A DNA stretch of 64,000 nt from Paraspadella gotoi (lineage: Eukaryota > Animalia > Chaetognatha), in assembly GCA_051294375.1 (NCBI GenBank), contig CM119268.1, forward strand, positions 14,147,037-14,211,036, read 5' to 3'. The first letter of the stretch is position 1; each line of letters opens with the position of its first letter. Positions 36,436 to 51,042 of the stretch are shown here, in pieces. A program made the translations under genes and the position numbers. Below the pieces are notes generated by a model. It was given only the letters and a program-made list of their open reading frames with translations. It made no database searches and was not told the DNA's origin.

Positions 36436-36489
36436 TGAGAGGCAAGAGCCAAGATTGAATGGAGTGCGAGGGTAGGAGTGGGCGAAGAG

Positions 36490-36660
36490 AAAGTGAAAGA
36501 AGGAAAGAGGAAAAGAAAAGGGAGGAAAGAGAGGAAAGGGAGAAAAGAGAGGAAAGAGAGGAAAGGGAGCAAAGAGAGGAAAGGGAGAAAAGAGAGGGAA
36601 GAGAGGAAAGGGAGAAAAGAGAGGAAAGGGAGAAAAGGGAGAAAAGAGAGGAAAGAGAGG
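36490..36660. repeat. Purine minisatellite (9/18-bp unit gaggaaagggagaaaaga)
   Basis: Tandem units seen directly. Confidence 0.85.
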
Positions 36661-36998
36661 TTGGCAGGAACTAATTGGCCCAAAACTTCGGTGCTGGGAT
36701 GAAAAATTTGAGAAAGAAGTGATACATGGTTATTTTTCGAAAGGTGAAAATGTTTTGTTCCTATTTTGTTCGTGGTGCGGGATTGGATCAAGTTATAACT
36801 AAGATCGTCAGTTGTTAAGCTAATTAGCTTCACTTGGTCAATCAACTCTCTCTCTCTCTCTCTNNNNNNNNNNNNNNNNNNNNNNNNNCTCTCTCTCTCT
36901 CTCTCAAGAGTAAAAATATGCAGGAATAAAAGCGTTGATTAAAATATCGAGGGCGTTTCTCGATATTTTATTCTCAATCAAAATGAATATTCATCGCA

Positions 36999-38256
36999 AA
37001 AAAAAAAAAAAAAAAAACAAAATTCCCCTTTAAAATTCTAGAATTTGTCTGAATCAGAACAGAATTTCTCTTCATTAATCTCGGAACTGTTAATTAAGTT
37101 CTCTCAGAAGGGTAGGGAAGAGAAAAAGAGAGAGAAAACACGATAAATACGTGTAGAGAAAGGGAGAGAGCTATAAATTAAATCCTATATAAATAACGAA
37201 CATGCGTATTAGGGTTCAGAAGCCTGAAGCGCGCACATTGCAGAATTAGCGCTTAATTTTTCCTCTTCGTCCTCTCCGAAGCATGCCGCAAAGCGTCTCG
37301 AAGTAAACTGAAGGGGACTGTGTCATTTTTGGGGTCGCAGAATATGAAAGTGGGCCTAAACTTCGTGAATGAACTCCTCTGACCTTTGGATCATCTTTGA
37401 CAGAAGTCACGTATCTCTCCTCTATCTTTTTCAAAACAACGCAAAAATTTATATTCAGGCTAAAACCACTTTACAAACACACATTGCATTGCCTAAGCAA
37501 TAGTGGCTGGTGCTAAAGCCAGAATGACGGAGGAAATGAACGAGCCATAATGATCAAGTTTAAAGCTTAAAAAATAACGCTTACAGTATTTTCCGCTAAG
37601 AAATGTTTATAGTAAAAGAAAAATTAATAGCTTTACAGGATGAATGCGGAACTGGCGATTGACTCTGAAAAGTTTCAATCCTTTTATGGCTTTTTGATAA
37701 CTATTGATTACTATTGATTGCCAAAGTAATTACCTCTATTGATTAATAAAACCAATGGCTGTTTGGCATCATGATAGATCAGTCTGGTCATCTTGGTCAG
37801 TATGTTTTGTTTGTCAGTCTGTCCCACTTATATCATCAAACATTAAAAAAAGAGGGAGTCACGCTTAGAGCGAGAGAGAGAGAGAAGAGAGAAAGAGAAA
37901 GAAATGTAAAAAAGGAGGGCTATGAATGCGGATAAGAGAAGAAAAAGAGAGAGAAAAAAAAAAAAAAAAAAAAAAATTTCCCAGTTAAAATTCTAATGAA
38001 TTTGTCTGAAATCAGAACAGAATTTTCTTCAGTTTATCTCGGAACTGTTAATTAAGTTTCTCAGAAAGGTAGGGAAGAGAAAAAGAGAGAGAAAACGATA
38101 AATACGTGGAGAGAAAGGGAGAGAGCTTAAATTAAATCCTATATAAATAACGAACATCGTTAGGGTTACAACCTGAAGCGCGTCACATTGCAGAATTAAG
38201 CGCTTAATTTTTCCTCTTCGCTCTCCCGCGCATGCGCAAAGCGTCTCGAAGTAACT
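36999..38256 (+). repeat. ~300 bp direct repeat pair (36999-37308 and 37953-38256), each preceded by poly-A
   Basis: ttaaaattcta..gaatttgtctga..atcagaacagaattt...gcgtctcgaagtaa occurs twice; differences are mostly indels. Confidence 0.85.
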
Positions 38257-40092
38257 GAACTCGCAAAGTAATTGATCCGCGCTTGGCGCTAAGTCTCGAA
38301 ATGTTCCCGCTTCCCCCCCCCNNNNNNNNNNNNNNNNNNNNNNNNNNNNNNNNNNNNNNNNNNNNNNNNNNNNNNNNNNNNNNNNNNNNNNNNNNNNNNN
38401 NNNNNNNNNNNNNNNNNNNNNNNNNNNNNNNNNNNNNNNNNNNNNNNNNNNNNNNNNNNNNNNNNNNNNNNNNNNNNNNNNNNNNNNNNNNNNNNNNNNN
38501 NNNNNNNNNNNNNNNNNNNNNNNNNNNNNNNNNNNNNNNNNNNNNNNNNNNNNNNNNNNNNNNNNNNNNNNNNNNNNNNNNNNNNNNNNGAGAGAGGAAA
38601 AGAGATGAAGAGGTCACGTGACTGTCTAGTTTGTGTTTGCGAAAATGAGGAAAACAAGAAGGGCAAAAGAGTCCAGAAGGAGGAAGAGGAGGAGAAGGAG
38701 GAGGGAGGGAGGTGGGATTGGATGGTGAGGAAGATAGAAGGAAAGTGGCCCAGACTCGCAGCAACATATAAGAATTAGAAGGTGAGTGAGTCTGGGTGGA
38801 GAACGAAACTGGCTTAAGATGGATCTGAGTAGATCTTTTGAAAAAAATTGATCGGGTGGTTGAAAATTCGAAAAATGGGGAATTCGGGAAAGNNNNNNNN
38901 NNNNNNNNNNNNNNNNNNNNNNNNNNNNNNNNNNNNNNNNNNNNNNNNNNNNNNNNNNNNNNNNNNNNNNNNNNNNNNNNNNNNNNNNNNNNNNNNNNNN
39001 NNNNNNNNNGCGGGGCGTCTAAAAGAAACCGTTCTCGTGATTAGGTTTTTTTTTCTCCACAGAAGTTTTGAGGTAAACAGAAGGCGACGAAGACGACGAG
39101 TAAGAAAGGCAAAGGTGGGGCCGGTAACTTTGGCTCGAACAACTGTGCAACATTATAAGGCGATAGGTAACGTCACTGTGTTAAAATCTTTCTCGGAGGG
39201 TCTGGGGATTTTTTCTTGCTCGAACATACGCTAACTACATGATACATTTACATTGAACAACGGTTGAGCTGGTGAAAGAAGAGACTCCTCCGAGAAAACC
39301 CGGGGAAAGAATTGTCGAGCCTAAGTTGGAGAGACGCAGACGAAAAAGAAAAAGCCGCGGGGAGTATAATATATTAAGGGGACGTTTAAGGATGCAAATT
39401 GTGTTTTTAAGGGGTAATCAACGTTTCAGCTCTTCCTTCCTCTCCTTCCTCTTCTGTCTTCTGTCTCTGTTTTCTTCTCTTTCTTTCTTTCTTTCTTTTC
39501 TTTCTTTCTTTCTTTCTTTTTTATTCTTTTCCTTTCCTTTTTCTTGGTAGGCGACGGGTTTTTAGGTTTTGCTGGAGCGATTCTTCGCGTAATCACGGCG
39601 CCTTGCCGTCAATGTTTGATTTTGAAAGCGTCGATCGGGCGCGTCTGGAAATACGTCATTGGGCCGATTAAGAGAGATGGAGAGAGAGAGGGTAGAGAGA
39701 GAGGAGAGATAGAGACGTCGGAGAAGGAGAGGGAGAGAGAGAGGAGAGAGAGAAGAGGGAGAGAGACAAAGAACTGATGAGTGAGGACCGTTCAACGAAT
39801 GCTTGCATGTGGAGTCCAGAAAGAAGGAAAAAAAAGTTCGCGATTTGGTATGGTAGAAACCCGAAAGAAAATAAGAGAGAGAGAGAGTGAGGAGAGAGAA
39901 CGAGGAGACGAGAGAGAGAGAGAAGACGAGAGAGGATGAGAGAGAGAGAGAGAGAGAGGGCCGAAAGGGGATCGTGAGGAGATGGAGAGAGAGAGAAATG
40001 AGAAACAGAGACAGAAGACAGGTAAGGGAGGAGAGAAGAAGAGCTGGAAACGTCGATATCTTCTCTCNNNNNNNNNNNNNNNNNNNNNNNNN

Positions 40093-40127
<35 letters not shown>

Positions 40128-41239
40128 CGAGTGCGAGAGAGAGAGATACAGTCAGATAGAGAGAGAACGGCGAGGCGCCCCCCGGTTTTAGAAAGCAGCG
40201 CCCCCTGTCTTTAAGCAAGCGGGGCGCGCCGCTCGTCTTTCCTCCTTTTCCTTTTCTCCCCAGCTTACCCAAAATCCTCACCCGTCTCTAGTTTTGCCCT
40301 CAGTCTTCTATTAACCCTAATTTCTTTCTCAAGCGCCACTTTCTCGAACCCCCCCTAGTACGCCAAAGAGCAACCCTTCTTCGATTTCAAGCGCCCTCTC
40401 TCCTTTCGTCCTTAAACTACGTCAAGATTTAACTGAGAAAACCCGCGAAGTCAAAAAGCCGCGCGTCCTCGAGAAATTGTTTCCCTTTCAAGCTCCAAGG
40501 GCGGTAATCATCAGTTCTCGCCACTTCCGCTTCTGAATTCCATTGCCGTTAATCATCGCTTCTTGCACTTCCGCTTCTAAATCATCGCTGAAGTCTCAAC
40601 TCTCTATGGTCGCAGCTCTGGTCAATAGACTGCATTGATGGCTGAGGTAACAGGTGAGTCTCCGTTGACAATGAATTACTAATAGCGACCATCGGTTGAT
40701 CATTAAGCATTGTAATGGGTAAGTTATGTTATCGTCGACATAACAATTGTTGTCGTCACTTTTGCCGGTTAAACTTTGAAAAATGGGCTTTAGATAGGTT
40801 GGCTTGCTTCCGGCTGAGCGCTTGATTTATGATAAAGTCGACTACCTTTCTTAAATCCACTGAGAATTACGTATGGTTGGCCTAAATTATGGTTTTATTT
40901 ACATTCCGGATTCAGGAACATGAACTATAAAATTTTTTCGGCTGTCCATATATATTTTGACAACCAGATTCATCTTTAATCAGTATTAACTTAATTTCCT
41001 CTCCCCTATTTTGTCACAACCCTCCATTCCCCAATGAAATTAATTCTCCAGCTTTTCCTTACCTTTTCAATCTTATTCTCCGACCCACCCTTTTCCTCAT
41101 CGATTACCCCATCTTCCCTTACCTCTCCCTCTTAATCTCGGCTTCCCTCCCTCTTCCCCTCCCTTCCTCTCTCTTCTCCCCAGATGTAAATTTGTATGGT
41201 GATGTCGTGAGTGTCTATGGGAAGCGACGGCGTCTCGAG

Positions 41240-41300
<61 letters not shown>

Positions 41301-41954
41301 ACGAGAGAGGAGAGAGAGAGAGAGAGAGAGATAGACGGGGTCGGTGAATTATGGTGCGGGGGAGTGAGTAAAAAGGGGTGGTTATGGTGCTGGTGGATGG
41401 GTCTGTTGGCGCCGGCTGGGAACGGCGCCCGGGGGCTGAGAGAATAAACCCTGGTAGGAGGTCGAAAGTGGGTCAAGTCTTTGCCGCGCGGTGAACGCCG
41501 CGAACGCTGGCGCCGAGGCGAGGCGTTTACGGTTTTCTGCGCCGAGGGTAAGGAAGGGGAAAGGGCGAGAGGCGGCGTCGATGAGCCGAGAGAGTGGTTC
41601 GAGTTGAGATGAAGACGTTGAGCGTGAGGGACTTACTCAATACTCAATTACTCATTACTCAATGCTCATATCACAGAATTGCCGAGCTCGCCAATTTCAC
41701 CGATCGACGTTTTGCCTCAAAGCGGGCGACGTACGTACGCGTTCGCACATGGTTTAGTCAATTTAATCAATTGTGCTGGGAATTCGGTGTTCAGTTTTTT
41801 TCCTTCAGAAATTAACTTTGTCAATTAAATCCGAGTCTTTGAACGTCGATTCAACATTATATCTCATGTGGAATGTCGAGCGAAAAATAAGATTACGAAA
41901 TTTGCGCATTTGCTAAATTAACGGAACCGAACACACTAACGTTAGTAATTGTTA

Positions 41955-42043
<89 letters not shown>

Positions 42044-42849
42044 ATATATAATAAATGAATTTCTATAAAATAAGATATAAATCCGGTGCAGGTAAAAAAA
42101 TCATTGGTTTGCAAGATTGATATGTGTTAGTGTTTCAGGTAAAAAAAGTTTATAAAATAAATAGAAGTGAGGAGGAAAAAATCCGGAGGGAAGAAGCGAA
42201 ACCGAGAGGAGGTGAAGACCGACTAAATACCGACAGAAGACCGACCGGAGACCAATTGAAGACCGACCGAAGACCGACTGAAGACCGTCTAATAATTATA
42301 GGTTAACTTAAAACTAGTTAAGTCTTCTTCACATAGTAATGGGTACTTCTTCCTGTTGCGTCCTATCAGCGACAACCACTTTACTACGTTCAAACAGAGT
42401 ATATTAGCCATTATGTACAACCAAGTAGAAGGAGGAGTAGTTAGTAGAAAATAGTACATTCTTAGGCTTCCCGTAGTCTAAGTGACATAATTTCGCATAA
42501 ATTAAAAGAAAAGAAAAAATTAATTTTCAAATCTCGTTCAGCTCCGTCTTCTCGGCACCGCGTCTTCAATCTCTAAGCGCCCGAATCTTTAGCGCCGGTT
42601 CGCTTAATCAGCGTCCCGACACTAAGCGTCCGCCACGCCCAGTGCTGCAGCGGCGCCGTATCGTGCCGTCTTATTTATACAGTCCCCACAATTTGCCCAC
42701 AAATTTTCATTATGGCCACGATGGTCAGCGCTGGCTATTGCACGTCTTGACCGCATCCCCGGTCTTGCATCTGCGTCTACGTCCGCAATTTGTGCTCTCA
42801 GCATCGCTGATCCATCTGCTGCAATCTCATCCTTGGGAAACTGCAACAC

Positions 42850-43180
42850 CTTGTAACGTCGCCATCTGCAGCACCGATGATCGTAACCGTTCGTCGTCTG
42901 GCAACACCTCGTTAGACAGTCTTCATCTGCAGCACCTCGTAACGTCTTCGTCTGCAGCACCTCGTAACGTTCTTCGGTCTGCAGCACCTCGTAACGTCTT
43001 CGTCTGCGCACCTCATAACGTCTTCGTCTGCAAGCACCTCGTAACGTCTTCGTCGCACACCTCGTTAACTTTGTCGTCTGCAGCACCTCGTAATGTCGTC
43101 GTCTGCGCCCCCCTCATAAATTCGCTCCGTTCGTGCAGCAGCCTCATAACATAATACGCGGTCATCTGCAGCACCTCCGA
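42850..43180. repeat. ~25-bp minisatellite (gtcttcgtctgcagcacctcgtaac)n inside the candidate LTR element
   Basis: About ten degenerate tandem units. Confidence 0.9.
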
Positions 43181-45912
43181 ACCGTACCGTGACGTTGCGT
43201 CGTCTTGACGCTCCGGAGAGAGGGAGAAAGAAAACTCCTTCACTCTCTCACACTTGCCTCTTCCACCCTCGTTTGTTTCGCTCGGACGGGCAATAACTCA
43301 CATGGTTTCATCAAGTTTTGAATTAATGAAACTAATTCCAAAAAACGACTAGATAAATATATCAGTTCAACCAACTAATAACATGCGATTCTAAGCAGTT
43401 TCTGTAAATTAAACGGCTCCAAGTAATAAATTTATAAGAAATCATTTCCACGTCATAATGATATATAAATAACATATTCACACAGTCAATAAACCAATAA
43501 CAGGTCAACCACAATATACATTCATATTAAAAATTAAAGCCGTAACTTGAAATTCGTAAACTTTCACTGTCTCCATTTCCGTGAATCTTTTCTTTTTTAA
43601 TAAGTGACTGGCCGTTAACTTTTCCATTAGCACCCATCAAGTAATTAACATTAAATTCATAATCGCATTTAATTCTTCATGGTTTTAGAGTGACGTCTGT
43701 CTTGTTACTCTTTTTTAAGTCTTGTTTTAAATTTCAACGCTGGCAGCCCGGCCCCCCCGCCTATGACCTACCAGCGGTCCCAAACCTCTATTTTGAATAA
43801 TTCATTTCTTACTTCCCTTCAGCTAACTTTTCCTGAAGCTGAAGGAAGAAAGAGCATGGTCAACGGCGCTCCTTTTGCGCCGCCAAACAACCAACGTTAT
43901 GGGGCAAGCTTTCCCCTTTTTATTTCTTTATTGTAATATTGAAAGGGTAGGCATTGATAGGCGCTTCGCCATGAACCTCAAACGTGTTGTGACTTCAGGG
44001 GCTATGAATCCTTTCCCCCGGAATCCAGCGGACCATCACGCAAATATTTACCTCAACTCCCTTTTGTGAAGATGGATAAAGATCATGGCCACTCTTCTTA
44101 GCATGACAACTCATTAAATCCGTCAAATTAATGTTATAAGGCAAACATCCAGGTTTCATTTTAAATATAAGTGCTTTCTTGGGCCAAATCTAAATATTTT
44201 TTGCCTTGAACATGCTTGGCAAAGGTTCCAATTCAAGAAAATGTCCACTTTTAAAGGTCATTTCTGTCCAGTATTCACTAACATTTCCAGAGAAGACTTG
44301 AAGATGGGCAAAAAAGCCATACCTGATTTCCTATTTTCTTCTTGACCGTGTTGACCTGTGTGAAATTTCAAATTGATACGGGCGCCCGGCGGCGGCCGGC
44401 ATCCGGGGCATGAGCCCCAACAAATTGGGTGATTATTTCTCCCTTTTTTTTCAAATTTCCTTTTAAAAAAAAATCAGGCAACACGGCGAATCTAAACATT
44501 CGAATTTTCCCGTTCTTTTTCTTTTTTTCGCGGAAAGAAAGGCAGTAAATTTTTCACAAGCGCTTTAAACTGCGTGCGCTGATGAACTATGATGGCAAGA
44601 GGGCTGTTTTTGACTTTGCCAAAAATTCCTGGACCCGACTTTCTACCACCAGGTTTGAAAAACATCATTTCCAGCTTCGTCTTTCCCGTTCAGCAGCATC
44701 ATTCGGATTTGGAGAAAACTCACCATTGGCACATCATCCGATCGGACAGTGGCTTTTCTTGAAATGTGGTCGTCGGCAGCTTCGCTAGTCAGCATTCAGT
44801 TTGCGTTGTTGCATCGGCTGCGTTGTTGCGTTGGTTGTATGTGTTGCCGTCGGCTGCATTTGTGTGAACGTTTGTGGGCCCTACCGGCAACACCTGGCTT
44901 CCATTCGCGCGTTTCGGCTACCGTCTCCAGTCCGATTCGAAGTCATGTTTCCCTTCTCATCTTCCTCCTCGCCGTCGAAAATGCCTGATTCTCATTCTCT
45001 CTTTCCCTTCTTCCTTAAATCCAACTGCTTTTCCTTGCTTTCTAACTCTCAGCTTCAATCTTTCGATTTCCAACCTGTCTCTCTTTCCGCGGTCTCTTTG
45101 CCGTTCTCGACCATGCGGCGCCGCTTGCGATGCCCGGGAGCTACAGGATCCACCCCGACCATCACCCTGATTCCTACCCCTCTTCGCGACGATGCCGTGA
45201 GGGTCCTGACAATACCACCGTTTGCGTTGGCACAATGGGGTAGTCGTCCGGGCGGTGCCGACTTCTCTGACATCCACCGGTGGAGAAGCTTCTTGTAGGC
45301 AAATGGAAACTGAGGAAACATGGTGCAAGCGCGGAATGTGGGACTGTGTGGAGAGGCGGACCGACGAGCCGGATATTCATTGTGAACGGCTTCGGTGAGC
45401 CCCGTCCAGAACCATCCTTGGCCCTATCACTTTCCAAGGCTGATTATTCAAATCAACGGTCATGCAGTTGCCCTACCGCTTGATCAACAGCTCTCTCTGT
45501 GCTCCTCCGCAGCAATCGTGTCTGGGTTCGGGTTCATGGCTTTGCCAGTTGTGCGCACTCCTTGAAGTCTTCGAATCCCTTCGCGCCAATGCATGGTAAC
45601 GTAATGTCTCATCCTCTCTGAGTCTGATTGTCAGCATCCCCTGGCGAAATACCCTAACAATAATTCCCATACCGACTGCGCATCCGGCAGAGGACCCAAA
45701 CCGTACGCTGACATAAGCGATATAATCAGCGGCAATTCGGCAGGCAATAAATGATTCAGGAGACAATTTGTTTTTTGTATTTTATTTGTGACTGTTGTGA
45801 GTGAACGACGGTTACACAATTTTCTCCGTTTTCTATCTTGCCGCGAGTGATATATACGACCAGCCTGTAAACTGAATGAATCTAAATCTCCAGGTAATAA
45901 ACGATTAGTAAG

Positions 45913-46092
45913 GCTTCAGCTCTTTGGCGCCGCTTCAGCTCTTGTGCCTCTTCGGCTCTTGGACGCCGCTTCAGCCTCCTCCGTATCGCTTACGCGCTTA
46001 GGCGCTCACGTCTTGACGCCGCTTCAGCTCTTGACGCCCGCCTTCAGCTCTTGGACGCCGCTTCAAGCTTCTTGACGCCGCTTCGACTCTTC
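45913..46092. repeat. ~18-bp minisatellite (gccgcttcagctcttgac)n
   Basis: About nine degenerate tandem units. Confidence 0.85.
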
Positions 46093-46661
46093 GTGCTGTT
46101 GGGGAGTTAGTTTAGCTCACCTGCGCAGAATGTCGGCGCAACCTCCAACCAACGCGGGCGCCAATCACCCAGCCGATGTATTTAAATATCAAACTTAAGT
46201 AATGGGACTCTTCCTGTGCGTCCTATTTCAGCGACAACCACTTTACTACGTTCAAACAGAGTATATTAGCCATTATGTACAACAAGTAGAAGGAGGATAG
46301 TAGGTAGAAATAGTTACATCTTAGGCTTCCCGTAGTCTAAGTGACATAATTTTCGCATTAAATTAAAAGAAAAGAAAAATAAATTCAAATCTCGTCAGCT
46401 CCGTCTTCTCGGCCACCGCGTCTCTAATCTTCTAAGCGCCGAACTTAGCGCCGGTTCGCTTAATCAGCGTCCCGACCACTAAGCGTCCGCCACGCCCAGC
46501 TGCATATGCCAGCGGCGCCGTATTCGTGCCGTCTATTATACATCTTTCGCTTTTTATCTATTTTTAAAAAATAGACAAAAAATGATAGGAAAAAGATTGC
46601 GATGCTGCTTGATTTTTTTTAGATAAATTCATTGTTACTTTTTAAAGACAGAAAGGAAAGA

Positions 46662-46751
<90 letters not shown>

Positions 46752-47012
46752 AAAGAGAAATCGAGAGAATGAGAGAATAACGATTAAAAAAATTAATCCT
46801 CCCCCTTAAAAAAAGGAAGAGGAGGAAAGAAAAAGAGGAGGAAAGAAAAGAGGGCCTCTCGATTCGAAAACGATTTTTTTCGCTTTTTTACCCTTCGCAG
46901 TTCAATGGAGGAAAAAAAGCAGTTTTCGCTTTTTTTTTTCCGGACGACATTTCTAGGCGCCGGGGCAATGTAATCTTTTCTCTCTCTTCTCTCCTCTCTC
47001 TCTCTCTCTCTC

Positions 47013-47054
<42 letters not shown>

Positions 47055-47215
47055 CTCTACTCTCTTCTTTCTTATCTCTCCAGTTTTTTTTTATACGTTT
47101 CTCATTTTTTTCTTTCTCCCTTCTCTTCTACTAGCGCGACTCGCCGCATTGAATGTGAAAAGGAATTAGCATCTAAAGAGGTAGAATTCTGTGGCAACGG
47201 GGCACACACACCACT

Positions 47216-47264
<49 letters not shown>

Positions 47265-47909
47265 GTCCCTTTTCTCCGGGCCTATGCAGGACTCAAAACA
47301 AATAAACTTTGACATTCGCAGACAGGAGTCGCCCCGAACGCACGCGGAGTAACGTGCACGCAAGACGCATGCGCGCACGCCAAAGGATAAGAGAGGCGGG
47401 GCGCGTGTTGAAGAACCCGGGCGCGCGGATCGAAGACGAGAGATGAAAGAGAAGAAAATTATTAAGAAGAGAGAAAAGGGAATAAGAAAAAAATTGAAGG
47501 ATTTAAAAGAGAAGAATATAAAAAGGAAAAAAAAAGGAATGAAAGGAAAATAAATCAGAAGCAAAACAGATGAAAGAAAATATAGAAAGAAGATCGTGAA
47601 AAAAAATCGGTTCTTCTCAATCTTAGGCTCGACATTAAACATATAAACGATAATGTGTACGACAGTTCCGTGACGAAAGTTTAAACAGTTTTCAGTTCAA
47701 CCTTTCCAAGAATGTATCCGCTCCTCGCCCACAAGAATGAGTGACGCGATCGCTACCATCGTCCTTTCCGCTTCTGGCGCAACAGTTCGCGATTAAGCTC
47801 AAATTTGTCAGCTTCGAATGTTAGGGGGCGAAAACAATAAAATCGGAAGACATCATTAAATGATTTCAACTCGTATCGATTGAAATTTTCGAACCGCAAG
47901 ACTTAACTC

Positions 47910-48072
47910 TTACCCACATCCAAGTTCAAACCACCACATCCCAATAACTCACTTTATACCCCTCACCCACGTCCCACATCCCACTTCAAACCACCACAGA
48001 CCACTCTCTCTACACCTCACCCACGTCCCACATCCCACTTCAAACCACCACAGACCACTCTCTCTAAACCAC
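47910..48072. repeat. ~53-bp tandem repeat, 2-3 copies
   Basis: cctcacccacgtcccacatcccacttcaaaccaccacagaccactctctcta occurs twice, plus a degenerate copy. Confidence 0.85.
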
Positions 48073-48368
48073 TCCCATATCCATCATCGCTTCCTCTTTC
48101 ACCAAGAAAAGCGTCAAAGTCTCACTCGAAACAGATTCCAAAATCCATTCAGATTTTTTTGCCGAATCTTCTTACTTTTTTCGTGACGTTAAATATGTTT
48201 TCGCTCTATTGTCACTTATTTATTAATAAACTTATTTGATTATTTCAAAGGCGATTGTTTTCTACTCTTTAGCAGAGTTCCACCTTTGTTGATAAGGATC
48301 AATATTTCGCATTTCTCTCTCGTGGGATTCTTGTTCATGTACAGTATTCACCATCACCACCCCCTCAG

Positions 48369-48454
<86 letters not shown>

Positions 48455-50899
48455 CACATTAGTATTCATCAGTTCAGATGGTTTTTCGTTGTAAGCCAAT
48501 CACGCCAAGAAAATCAGGGACTGTCTTTCATTTCATTTTATTTCAGTCGTTGTCGTCGTCGNNNNNNNNNNCGTCGTCGTCGTCCTGCTGGCTCTTTTTC
48601 TCCTATTTTTTCTTCTTCTTCTTTCTCGAAGGATCTCAAAGAATTAAGGATTAAGGTTTTTAAAACAGGAGATACGATTTAGTATTAATGCCCTTCTTGC
48701 CACCTCCTCATCCTCCTTAACAGTCCTCTTCCTCTTCATCCTCCTCCTGCTCCTCTTCTCCCTCCCCATCTCCCTCACCTCCTTCGGGGTTTCCATGGCA
48801 ACCTATGGCGTCGTCGCCGCAAGACTAAAACTTGATTAGATTGGAAAATTGCCCCATCTGATGACGACGATGGCGACGAAAGGCGACAACGACGATGATG
48901 ACGAAGAACCGGGTAAATATGAATAAATTAAATACGGACGTTTTTGTCTTGCTTTTATTTATAAACATTTATATTTCTCTCAAGGAATTGTTTTAATATT
49001 TCTTTTAAGCTCTCTCTCTCTCTGTCTCCCTGTATCTTTCTCTCTCTCTATCTCTCTTTCTCTGTCTGTCTCTCTCTCTTTCCCCCCCTCCCTCCCCCTC
49101 TCTCCCTTTCCCACTCCCAGCTGCGCCGATCTCAAGATTGAAACCGAGCTTTATTCCCAAAAGTCCAGAGAGGAAAAAAAAATTTGCATGAAAATTATGG
49201 AATTAAAATTCCGTCCGGTCAATTTGTATCGGAGAGAATATTCCAGTCTTGGTCGGGTCCATTCTCGCGGGAGATTTGAACGCAGTTCAATAGCGCGGAA
49301 TTAAAAAAAAAAAAGGCTAAGTACTTTGTTTTTAAAAAAAAATAACATTTTTATAGACACCAACAGTTTAAATGGATGCACAAATCTCGCTAGTACTTTC
49401 GTTATCGGCGAATACGGTGCTAAATTGTGACGGAACCTTGAAACTTTGTCGACCACTTTTTTTTAAAAAATGGAGTAAGAAAAGGGAAAAGGAAAAAAAA
49501 ATAGTTTAACTTAAAAAAAAAAAAGGAAAGGAAAAAAAGGGAGAAAAGAAAGTAGAAATAAATTCCCAGACGCGTCTTCATTTCCCTTTCCATGGCCACC
49601 GAGTCTCCTGGTCTCCATCTTTGCGCCGCAAACACCCATTCCACTCCCTCTCTATCGCGCGTCGGCTCGAGTGTTGAGTCTTCGCGAATTCGCCTCCTAC
49701 TTTGCCGGAGGATTGAACGTCAAACACTTCTATTAATGTTTTAAAACTACGCGTTGAGTCTTGAAGAAATTGCGTTAAAAAAGGAGATCCGATTTGAAGC
49801 ATCTTTGAGTTGGAATACAAATTTGAATTGTTTCTTACTGTATTAAATTTACAAAAGAAATATTAAAGTATATATTTTGTATTTTAATTTAAAAAGTTTT
49901 TCATTCGCAGTATATTTTATAAAAAGTTTACTTAATAGAGAAACTTTTAAACAATTAAATAACAATAAATAGCCATCTAAATCAGAGTATCTTATTTTAT
50001 AAACAAACGAAACTATTAACAAAGATACTTCGGCCTTGGAAATCTTTCATAAGAGCCATTGCCCATTCCATTTCTGTCGGCGTCCCCCATTCACGCTAAA
50101 CGTTTTTGAAGTCATCGACAACGACGACTCCGCCCAGACAATTCGACTCATGATGGATGCAATTCAAGAGGGCAGCACTAGTGCGATCATAGAAAGAAAT
50201 AAAAACGAAGGTAATCGATTTAAAAAAAAATGGCGGACAGACTAAATACTAAATAGGAACACTAATACAAACAGACAAACCAAAAACAATGTCGTTTTTA
50301 CTCAGTTAAATTGAAGGACATTTTTAAATGCTTAATGCTTTAGACAGAATTAATTAGGAATTAATTAATCAGAACAGGGACCTCTGAAAATAAAAAAAAG
50401 AATAATAAAATAAGTAACATTTGACGCCACATTTTTCCCCCCTCGGAAGATAAAGCGTTGCATAAGTTAATGTAATTTATTTTAAAACAGCAATACATTC
50501 TTATTAATTAATCAGCGAGAGACGTTTATCCTCCTGGCGGGCGCCATCGTTAATTCCACCCGAGCGCCACCGTTTGACCGTTTAAACCACTCACCCGCAG
50601 CAAGGTAAGATTTCTTTACGCCGATTCGATAGTGAGAACTCAATATATCTATAATGGCCCACCTTTCTCGAGCCAATCTGTTGGTCACAACCACCATCTA
50701 CGCTGCGACCACCAATCGGAAACCCACCTCAACCACCTTCCAAGCCCCGGTCGGCTCTCGCGGCCCGGAGTCGCCGCATCCTTTTATCTTTTCTTTTCTT
50801 TTTTTTTACTTTTCTTCCTTTTCACTGAGTAAAATGCATCAATTTGCATCGGAATGTGGCTTCAAAGTCTGAAGTTGGAGAAAGTCAAGGACGCCGCCG

Positions 50900-51042
<143 letters not shown>

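Larger units (their letters stand above)
42335..46542 (-). mobile_element. Candidate non-autonomous LTR retroelement (~345 bp direct repeats 42335-42681 and 46198-46542)
   Basis: Long direct repeats begin TGTATA on the minus strand. PBS-like TGGCGCCCG lies at 46163-46155, and purine-rich gtggggac abuts the other repeat. Possible ACAT target duplication. No recognisable pol motifs. Confidence 0.5.

Noticed and set aside
36940-36970. 12-bp inverted repeat
   Set aside because: It is short, AT-rich and isolated, with no TSD or second element end identified.
39774-39805. ctgatgag hammerhead-like start
   Set aside because: It lacks GAAA and the flanking stems.
48859-48890. Second hammerhead (ctgatga...cgaaa)
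   Set aside because: There is no stem II or stem III pairing and no NUH site; it arises from GAC/GAT repeats.
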